Part shown: one piece after another, positions 8,297 through 15,108 of the stretch | Layout of the letters: the number at the start of each line of letters is the position of its first letter | Position numbering within the stretch: position 1 is the stretch's first letter | IMG/VR virus record: IMGVR_UViG_3300039451_000027 | Location: 1-64,000 of that record | Origin: a virus | DNA: 64,000 nt | Direction: 5' to 3' (one strand) | The notes under the pieces: generated by a model | The model's input: only the letters and a program-made list of their open reading frames with translations | What the model was told of the DNA's origin: nothing | Database searches by the model: none | Position numbers and translations under genes: made by a program

Positions 8297-8530
8297 TGGA
8301 CACCTCCTGGGTTAGAATAGTACGGCTTCCCCAATCCGGATTGGAGAGGCATTGCGACGGGTCCGGGCAGCCGCCCTCCGCTGGAAGGTGGGTGCTTGCG
8401 GAATCTTGAGTTGGTGTCGACTTGGTGCACTGATGTGACTCGGGACGGAGGGCGGCCGTCCGGACCCGCCTAGTGAAGAGTACGGCGCTCGCGGATGCCC
8501 TCTGGACAGATCGGGCGATCTTGTGTCAGA

Positions 8531-9607
8531 TTACGACTTGGGCATTGACTTCAGGTGCTCCTCGAACTTCTCCGGGGAGTCGTCGAGGAGGCTCTTGCAG
8601 AAGGGCCGCAGGGACTCGGGGATCGAGTCCCAGTTGCGCGACAGGACCTCCAGCACCTTGCCGATGCGGAAGAGCCGATCGTCCTCCTCCAGGAGTCCCC
8701 GGAGGAACTCCTCGCCCTCGCCGGCCGCGTAGCGGAGCACGTTCGAGATGCCTTTGCACTTGAACGCGTCCGCCCTCGTCGAGAGCTCCTTCGGCGTCGG
8801 CCGCTTCTTGTCGACCTTGTCGGCAGTTCCGGCGTCCTCCGCCTTAAACTGGTCAATCAGCTTGTTGAACTCCTTCCCCCCGGTCTCGGGATTCCATCCT
8901 CCGTTCTCCGGCTTCCGGTCGCTCGTCCGAGCTGCGCTCAGCTGCTTGATCCGCTCGCGGGTCACCTTCATGGTGACCGACTCGCCCTCCTCCAGGAGGC
9001 CGTCGGCGGCCTTGTGGGTCAGCACGAACTGATCCCACACGTACCCGCCCATTGTCGCAACGGCGAGGATTCCGTTCCCCACCGTCCCGTGAAACCACGT
9101 CTTCAGCTTCGCCTCCCGCGCCTTTGGCTCGGTTGGCAGCTCGCGGAGCTTGTTGGTGTTCCCGGTGAAGGACGCCAGCGAGTAGTACATCCTCGTGATG
9201 ATGTCTGATTCCGACTGGCCCTCCAGGAAGGCTCGTCGGACGGCCAAGACGATCTCCGTCTTGCACAGTTCCTTCTGGCTACCCTGGTCGTTGATGATCG
9301 ACAGCCGCTCGGCCGGAGTCAGTTCGCTGTAGACGATGAACTCCACCTTGTCCAGCTTCTCCTTCAGCTCTGCCGTGAGGGTGGGGTCCTTGTACAGGAG
9401 CTGACCCGCCCGCGTCCTGCGGTTGCCGGACAGGACGACCCACTCGTCGCCCTGTCGCTCGATGATGATGGGGGTGTGAATCCCACCACCCTGCCGGATC
9501 TGCTCGACCATCGACGGGAGGTCGTAGTTGTTGCGAAGTCTGACGTTGACGTCATCCTTCGACACGACGCTCATGATCGACATCGGTTTGCGTACCATCT
9601 TGCTCAT
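8531..9607 (-). CDS. ParB/Srx N-terminal-domain protein (ParB-like, 358 aa)
   Basis: ..HTPIIIERQGDEWVVLSGNRRTRAG.. ParB-box signature; long helical C-terminal part; GGGGAG SD. Confidence 0.8.
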   Translation of the reverse strand: MSKMVRKPMSIMSVVSKDDVNVRLRNNYDLPSMVEQIRQGGGIHTPIIIERQGDEWVVLSGNRRTRAGQLLYKDPTLTAELKEKLDKVEFIVYSELTPAERLSIINDQGSQKELCKTEIVLAVRRAFLEGQSESDIITRMYYSLASFTGNTNKLRELPTEPKAREAKLKTWFHGTVGNGILAVATMGGYVWDQFVLTHKAADGLLEEGESVTMKVTRERIKQLSAARTSDRKPENGGWNPETGGKEFNKLIDQFKAEDAGTADKVDKKRPTPKELSTRADAFKCKGISNVLRYAAGEGEEFLRGLLEEDDRLFRIGKVLEVLSRNWDSIPESLRPFCKSLLDDSPEKFEEHLKSMPKS

Positions 9608-9658
9608 GATGCTCCCCTTTCTGGCTCCGGTGAGCGGGCATCCACCCTCCGGGACTCG

Positions 9659-9874
9659 TTAGACGTATGTTGTGCTGCTCGTTCCGCGCGGCCCATGCCG
9701 CACGACAATGTATCGCTGTCCCTTGACCCGCGCCGCGTTCATGGCGGCCTCCGCTTGCTTGTATGAGCCGACGAACTTTTGGACCGACCCGTCGTCCGGG
9801 TTGATTAGCTTGATCATCCAGAGGCCCCTCCTGATTGCCTCCAGAGTATCTGGCGTATGTTGCTCTTTTGCCAT
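9659..9874 (-). CDS. hypothetical protein (71 aa)
   Basis: Internal ATG of track ORF 9659..10021, preceded by GGAGGG. The upstream part of the track ORF is repeat sequence read as protein. Confidence 0.55.
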   Translation of the reverse strand: MAKEQHTPDTLEAIRRGLWMIKLINPDDGSVQKFVGSYKQAEAAMNAARVKGQRYIVVRHGPRGTSSTTYV

Positions 9875-10060
9875 AGTGCCCTCCACTTCCGTCTGGGAGG
9901 GCGGGTGCCCGCTCACCGGAAGCCACGTTGGTTGTGCGATCGGTGATCGCGCTTCCCAGAGGGCATCCGTGAGAGCCGTACTCTTCATCTGGTGCGTCTG
10001 TCGCGCCGACTGGGCGGACACTCACCCTCCGGCGATATCAGAGTTTTGGAAGATTAGTCT

Positions 10061-10195
10061 TCACATTCGGTGAATTTGGATGATTTGGATACCCGACTTG
10101 CGGCTCGCGATCTTGCGAGCCGCGTCCCATTGCGAAGCACCGTTGACAGTGCAGTGGTACTTGCACCCAGACAGGATGTAGGTCACCTCGTACAT
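10061..10195 (-). CDS. possible small protein (44 aa)
   Basis: Not in track. GGAGG 5 nt upstream of the ATG. MYEVTYILSGCKYHCTVNGASQWDAARKIASRKSGIQIIQIHRM. Its 5' leader is homologous to that of 9659..9874. Confidence 0.4.
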   Translation of the reverse strand: MYEVTYILSGCKYHCTVNGASQWDAARKIASRKSGIQIIQIHRM

Positions 10196-10281
10196 AACTG
10201 CCTCCATTTCCTCGCTGGGAGGGCGGGTGTCCGCCCAGTCTGGCGCTTTGCGACTTTCTGCTAGGCTCCGATCGCTCGCGT

Positions 10282-10396
10282 GATTGGCCGATCAATTTCG
10301 GCTCGTTGTTGGGTATTGCGATCGCTCACCCGATCGACTTCCGCGCTCTTGGATTGCCGATTTTTCGGCTCGGTGGTATTGCGGTCGTTCGATCGG
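10282..10396. repeat. two imperfect ~50-bp direct repeats
   Basis: 10282-10336 and 10352-10396 share GATTG(G)CCGAT..TTTCGGCTCG..GGTATTGCGRTCG..CGATCG. Confidence 0.6.
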
Positions 10397-11039
10397 CATA
10401 CTCGCCGATCCGCACCAGACCCGACGGCTCGGCAGCGCAAATTGATCCGGGGTCAACGCTCGTGCGGGATGCCGGAAAGTCTAAGCGCCTAATCCTCCGA
10501 TCGATCCCCATCGTGGAGGTTGCCTTTGCCGTCGGTAGTCCCGCGGCGCGATCCCGGTATTTCAGCCGGTGATGCTTGACCATCGTGCGGCTCGGAGGAG
10601 CCGCCTAGCTGCGCTGACGCCTAGAGTGTGCGCCAGCTACACCCGATTGGGTAATCGGGGCGCCAAGGTCATCCGCTGTCTGAGGACTGATCCATTTGTT
10701 TCTATCGGATCGCTTGCGCGTCGATACGGCAGACGGATTTATCTGCCTCACCTATATAGGCAGACTGATCGCGGAAAAGTTAAGCGGAAAATTTCGCTGT
10801 TCGACTGTTCAGCATCACTGCTGTACTGCCGTACATCTCTCCGCCAAACCCTCCCGGACAGTTTGCCCGAAGGTGCATCAGATGCGAGTTGCATCTGACG
10901 CTAATACAGGCACGGTTACTGCGAAAAAGTTAAGGGTATTTTTATTTTTCTCTGGACATTTTCGACTTAACTTTTTACAAAGACTGTACCGATACGTTAT
11001 CGGGACGCAAACGGGTATCGCCCAAAGGGAGCTAAAACG

Positions 11040-11831
11040 ATGAAGACTGCATTCGACAGCAAGTACGCCACGAACTACGCTAGGAAGGCACTGCGACACT
11101 CGCGCGGCATTCGCTGCGATCAGACCGCCCACGACATCGCGCAGGAAGCCGCGCTAATCTGGTGGAGTAGCGACAGGACACTCACTACGCTACAGTCTGT
11201 CCGCAAGGCGTGGCGCAAGTGGCGCCACGACAACAGGGAGGCAGACGTTGGTTCGCCTACTCGCGCCAAGAATCCTCTCACCAGATACGCGCATAGGTGC
11301 CATGGCGCACACTCCATCGCGCAGGTATCGTGCATCCGAGAAGTGAGGGAGCGCGTGAACGACCTGATTCGTGACGGGATGGACGCGAGCCTGAAGACGA
11401 TCATCCGGTACTACGCCAGTGGTGCCAGTGGCGCAGACTGCGCGGCCGCGCTAGGAGTGAGCGCGGCGAGAGTGTCGCAATTAACCGCCAAACTGAGAGA
11501 TAGGCTCCCGCTGTCAGCGCTGCGCGAGCGCGAGCGCGGGGAGGCGCTGCCTCCCGTCCGTCCAGCCGCGCCGACTGTCACGCGAGCGCCGGACACCCAT
11601 AGGCCAGCGCTGGCGTACTCTCCTGAGATGGTCGACGTTTACCCCGTCTCTGATGAAGAGTGCGCTAGGCGCGAAGTAGCGTCAGCGCTGCGCGTCGATA
11701 CTCGCATTACCGTACTCGCGTCGGCTAGTGGAATCTTTCCCCCCGCGCCCGATGTCCTGGCTCGTATCTGGCGCGGCATGGCGCAGCGCCGCGCGGCCGG
11801 ATGGATACTCACTGCCGGAGAGGGTATCTAA
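11040..11831 (+). CDS. sigma-70-family (ECF-like) sigma factor with Ala/Pro-rich C-terminal extension
   Basis: Region-2-like HDIAQEAALIWW and region-4.2-like HTH ADCAAALGVSAARVSQLTAKLRDRL; AAGGGAG SD. Confidence 0.6.
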   Translation: MKTAFDSKYATNYARKALRHSRGIRCDQTAHDIAQEAALIWWSSDRTLTTLQSVRKAWRKWRHDNREADVGSPTRAKNPLTRYAHRCHGAHSIAQVSCIREVRERVNDLIRDGMDASLKTIIRYYASGASGADCAAALGVSAARVSQLTAKLRDRLPLSALRERERGEALPPVRPAAPTVTRAPDTHRPALAYSPEMVDVYPVSDEECARREVASALRVDTRITVLASASGIFPPAPDVLARIWRGMAQRRAAGWILTAGEGI

Positions 11832-11846
11832 CGGCTAGTCCACTGG

Positions 11847-11891
11847 GCGAGACTGGCCAGCGCTGCCTCCGGCAGCGCTGGCCAGTCTCGC
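11847..11891 (+). terminator. 21-bp-stem hairpin after the sigma gene
   Basis: GCGAGACTGGCCAGCGCTGCC-TCC-GGCAGCGCTGGCCAGTCTCGC. Only a short TT follows. Confidence 0.55.
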
Positions 11892-11893
11892 TT

Positions 11894-11928
11894 CTGCCCT
11901 GCCCTGCCCTGCCCTGCCCTGCCCTGCC
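11894..11928. repeat. (CTGCC)7 pentanucleotide microsatellite
   Basis: Seven uninterrupted CTGCC units, flanked by the direct repeats CAGTCTCGCTTC (11884-11895 and 11940-11951). Confidence 0.9.
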
Positions 11929-12093
11929 TCCAGGGAGCCCAGTCTCGCTTCCATTACTTCCCTTCGTCTAGACAACTACTTTGCGGCGCAGAGTGATTGC
12001 CATTTTGATCGCGCGATCAGTAGTGGCATTTCGTACACTCTCCGCGCTGGCCGAAATTCAACTACCGCCCCGGTAGAAAACTGAACATTTGCT

Positions 12094-12208
12094 ATGGCAT
12101 TTCCTGCGAACAGGAGGCATCGCCAACGGGCGCGAGGCGCCAACGTATCAAACGTCAAGGTTTGCCTCGCGCCCGTTGGCGCTGCCTCCTGTTCGCAGGA
12201 AATGCCAT
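12094..12208. repeat. 45-bp-arm inverted repeat with 25-nt spacer
   Basis: Left arm 12094-12138 (ATGGCATTTCCTGCGAACAGGAGGCATCGCCAACGGGCGCGAGGC). Right arm 12164-12208 is its reverse complement with one mismatch. Confidence 0.9.
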
Positions 12209-12253
12209 GCCAAATTGGCATTTAGCTACTCGCGCGGTAGGATTCCCCGAAAT

Positions 12254-12269
12254 TGGCATGGGGTTTGCA
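12254..12269 (+). promoter_or_regulatory. sigma-54-type -24/-12 promoter candidate
   Basis: TGGCAT-GGGGT-TTGCA; GG to GC spacing is 12 nt, as in the TGGCAC-N5-TTGCW consensus. Confidence 0.4.
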
Positions 12270-12532
12270 TGGGTGCCGCGCCTACATAGGGGAGGGGTCA
12301 AAAGAACAGTTGAATAGTCGTGCAGGTTGAAATTTGGATAGGGTGCCCCACCCTGTGTCAATACTTCCAGATTTGGGAATCTAGACTGACCATTACATTC
12401 AATCCTTGTTGACTATTTACGCTGAGTAATTATGGGGAGGGTCAAATTGCCCTACGGTAAAGCGTGCTGCGTGGAGGCGATTCTAAAATCCGGTAGCGAA
12501 ATTTCCGTGCACGCGCTTTTTCGGCAAAGAAT

Positions 12533-12580
12533 AATTCCGTGGAAAATTTCTCGAAATGGTAGTAGGGTATGTAGGGAGGG
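12533..12580 (+). promoter_or_regulatory. conserved promoter-like element, copy P1 (upstream of late region)
   Basis: AATTCCGTGGAAAATTTCTCGAAATGGTAGTAGGGTATGTAGGGAGGG. The 37-nt core is shared with the copies at 57928, 58100 and 62738. Confidence 0.55.
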
Positions 12581-12674
12581 CGCTGCGTGGAGGCTGGTTC
12601 AGGCCGATTGGAAATTTGGGCCAAAAGGCGTGTGCAATTAGTCTGATCGCAAAATCTTGCCCAGGAGTAACACT

Positions 12675-13346
12675 GTGCGGACTATCAGGATAGTCAATCA
12701 GAGCTCGGTTGTTGAGAACTTTAGGGAGGCTGTTGAAGCTTGCCAGAAGCAGGTGCTCGAGCACTTCGCTCCCAGCTGGGGCGGTCTGTCCTGTCACCTG
12801 ATCTTTGCTGCGGCAGATCGCGACAAGCCGGTCCCGGCCGACTGCGAGACCATCTACGTGTTGGACACCTCCGATCAGGCGGGCGCCCTCGGGTACCACG
12901 AGGTTGCGCAGGGTGACGTGCCGACGGGCTTCGTGTTCGCCAAGACGAGCTTGGACGCCGCGTCGCCGTGGGAGTCGACCCTGTCCCACGAGCTCCTCGA
13001 GCAGCTTGCAGATCCCTTCATTCAGACGTGCGCAGTCGTTCAGTCCTTTCGCGGAGGTCCGGCGGCCGTGAGCTACGAGGTCGGTGATCCTGTGGAGGCC
13101 GACTCTTACGAGGTCGGCGGGGTACAGCTCAGTAACTTCGTCCTCCCGAGCTGGTTCCAGGATTCGGGGAAGGGACCCTTCGACTGGTTGCAAAAGCTGA
13201 CTGCGCCCCTCACCCTCACTCAGGGTGGCTACGTGGCTTACACTGACAACCTCAAGGACTGGATTCAGTACATGCCGTCGAGCGTGAGGTTGCACCGCCA
13301 GGCACCCGCGGACCCCTTTTGCCGCCGGTCGAGGCGCAGGAAATGA
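12675..13346 (+). CDS. hypothetical protein (223 aa)
   Basis: Track ORF 12657..13346; AGGAG 7 nt before GTG 12675. Contains ALGYHE and SHELLEQLADP, but no confident family. Confidence 0.6.
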   Translation: MRTIRIVNQSSVVENFREAVEACQKQVLEHFAPSWGGLSCHLIFAAADRDKPVPADCETIYVLDTSDQAGALGYHEVAQGDVPTGFVFAKTSLDAASPWESTLSHELLEQLADPFIQTCAVVQSFRGGPAAVSYEVGDPVEADSYEVGGVQLSNFVLPSWFQDSGKGPFDWLQKLTAPLTLTQGGYVAYTDNLKDWIQYMPSSVRLHRQAPADPFCRRSRRRK

Positions 13347-13359
13347 TGGAGTTACTCTT

Positions 13360-13902
13360 TTGATCGAGAGCAAGTTCGCGAGGTGCGAGCCGGACGACCC
13401 TCGGCGGTGCCAGGGGGTGTGCCAGAGCGGGCAGTGTCCCTACCTCGCCCAGGAGGGGACCCAGTTCTGCGCGATGCACGGCGCCCACTCGCAGAGGGGC
13501 TCCCAGGAGCGGTCTTCCCTGAGGATGTACAGGCTCGCGAAGTGGCAGGCTCGGGTGGACGAGTTCGGGGAGCACGAGCAGGTCAAGGGCCTGAGGTCCG
13601 AGATCGGGATCCTCAGGATGGTCCTCGAGGAGCTCATGACGAGCTTGAGGGACCCCATGGAGCTCGTGCTCTACGCTCCGAGGATCTCGGACATCGTCCT
13701 CAAGATTGAGAAGCTCGTGACGAGTTGCCACCGCCTCGAGACTTCGACGGGTGGCCTGCTCGACAAGTCCGCCGTAATACAGGTCGCTGCGAGGATCGTC
13801 GAGATCGTCGCGGGGCACGTGACTGACCCTGACGCGATGGACGCGATCAGTAACGAGGTGATGATCGCCGTTGCTCAGGCAAGGTCCGAGGAGAAGAAGT
13901 GA
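13360..13902 (+). CDS. hypothetical Cys-rich/helical protein (180 aa)
   Basis: TTG start 9 nt after GGAG. N-terminal CEPDDPRRCQGVCQSGQCPY..FCAMHG (possible zinc site). Confidence 0.55.
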   Translation: MIESKFARCEPDDPRRCQGVCQSGQCPYLAQEGTQFCAMHGAHSQRGSQERSSLRMYRLAKWQARVDEFGEHEQVKGLRSEIGILRMVLEELMTSLRDPMELVLYAPRISDIVLKIEKLVTSCHRLETSTGGLLDKSAVIQVAARIVEIVAGHVTDPDAMDAISNEVMIAVAQARSEEKK

Positions 13903-14765
13903 TGACGATGCTGGGGAAGTTCCTCAATCGCCTCAAGACCGGAATCGTCCACCTCTCGGACGGTGCCGTGCTCTCGATCTTTCGGCGGCGCAGAAAGTCC
14001 GGCTCGCTTGAGCTGAGGTCCAGCGTCCGCGCTGGCCCGAACGAGGTCCACGCGTTTATCACCCATCCGGACGGGTGGGTGACCGACCTCGGCCTCAGCA
14101 AGAATCTGCTGACCAACATTGGCCGCGACCTCATGGCCCGGTGGATGGGCGGCGACATCCCCGCCGGCGGGGCCGGCTCTCCCGCGACCGCGACGAGCGC
14201 TACGTCCCTCACGGCGACCGGCACTCCGTGGACGGCCAGCAACCTCGCGACGCCGCAGCTCGGGCTCGCCGGGTTCCGCATCTACGCTCCCGTGACCAAC
14301 ATCACGACCGCCCCGGTCTACGGGAACGTCGTCAGTAACACGAGCTCGGTCGCGACCGTCGACCAGTGGTGGACTGCGGCGGACGGGGTCGGGACGACTC
14401 CGGCCAGTACCAACGCCTTCATCATCGGGGCTGGCGGGGTCGCGAGCATTCGCTTCATGGCCCTGTCCACGAACTCCAGCGCGGCTTCCGCAAGTGACAA
14501 CACCCTCACGAGCGAGGTGACGACGAACGGCGGTGGCCGAGCCCTCGCCACCTACGCCCACACGATGGGGCAGTCTACCTTCACGCTCCAGAAGGCCTAC
14601 AGCATCACTGGCACTATCACCGCCATTCACAAGATGGGCCTCTTCGCAGCGCTGACCAGCGCCGGGGCCGATCCGATGTTCTTCGAGACCGTCCTCAATG
14701 CCGACGCCACCGTGGTGAACGGCGATACGCTGACCGTCACCGATACGGTGACTCTCTCTGGCTGA
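13902..14765 (+). CDS. virion/fibre-like protein; C-terminal domain paralogous to 35900..36454
   Basis: GAGGAG SD (GTG 13899 also possible). Ser/Thr/Ala-rich. NLLTNIG.. and ..NGDTLTVTDTVTL mirror NSLLNTF.. and ..NGDNLKITYTVN in the other gene. Confidence 0.65.
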   Translation: MTMLGKFLNRLKTGIVHLSDGAVLSIFRRRRKSGSLELRSSVRAGPNEVHAFITHPDGWVTDLGLSKNLLTNIGRDLMARWMGGDIPAGGAGSPATATSATSLTATGTPWTASNLATPQLGLAGFRIYAPVTNITTAPVYGNVVSNTSSVATVDQWWTAADGVGTTPASTNAFIIGAGGVASIRFMALSTNSSAASASDNTLTSEVTTNGGGRALATYAHTMGQSTFTLQKAYSITGTITAIHKMGLFAALTSAGADPMFFETVLNADATVVNGDTLTVTDTVTLSG

Positions 14766-14802
14766 GGTTCCGGGCCGCGAGGTCCAGATCGGAGGATCAG
14801 GA

Positions 14803-15108
14803 ATGTACGCTTTTCGGTGCGTCACCTGCGGGAAGCTACACGAGGCGGAGCACGCCGGGGAGTGCGAGCACCCGCACGCTTGCCGCGTCTGCGGGTCGGG
14901 CGTGTCGTTCGATCCGAAGTCCGGGGTCAAGGCGGTCGATCCGAAGAATTGGGAGGTCCTCGCGAATGCCACCCCGGGGCGATTGGCAGAGCTGGGCCTG
15001 AGGGAGGCCGCCCGCCACGTTCCGAGGAAGGTCGAAGGAGCTCCGACGGAGCCGAGGAAGGTCGAGCGGTCCGCGGCCGACGGCGCTTCCGGAAAGGACG
15101 TGGCGTAA
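14803..15108 (+). CDS. zinc-ribbon protein (101 aa)
   Basis: GGAGG SD; MYAFRCVTCGK..ACRVCGSG (CxxC..CxxC). Confidence 0.6.
   Translation: MYAFRCVTCGKLHEAEHAGECEHPHACRVCGSGVSFDPKSGVKAVDPKNWEVLANATPGRLAELGLREAARHVPRKVEGAPTEPRKVERSAADGASGKDVA

Larger units (their letters stand above)
5876..9993. repeat. dispersed ~20-nt intergenic motif family (plus-strand reading GTGAAGAGTACGGCKSTCRCG), 10 copies
   Basis: Copies at 5876-5888, 6854-6874, 6881-6895, 7233-7253, 7508-7526, 7875-7895, 8044-8058, 8315-8332 and 8473-8493 share one orientation. The copy at 9968-9988 is inverted. Confidence 0.8.

Noticed and set aside
9875-10021. N-terminal 49 codons of track ORF 9659..10021 (MSAQSARQTHQMKSTALTDALW..), and the similar MKSTAL.. 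starts of ORFs 8473..8763 and 7233..7508.
   Set aside because: The shared MKSTAL(A/T)DALW peptide is the conserved intergenic motif translated. A good SD precedes the internal ATG at 9874 instead.
10038-10295. 85-aa minus-strand track ORF, and the 64-aa plus-strand ORF 10070..10264.
   Set aside because: Neither has an SD. The 44-aa ORF 10061..10195 in another minus frame has GGAGG-N5-ATG and a leader homologous to the neighbouring gene, so it was preferred, still at low confidence.
12089-12361. Track ORFs 12089..12289 (+), 11976..12221 (-) and 12155..12361 (-) over the large inverted repeat.
   Set aside because: They are mirror-image translations of the palindrome on both strands; no SD. 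Treated as non-coding structure.
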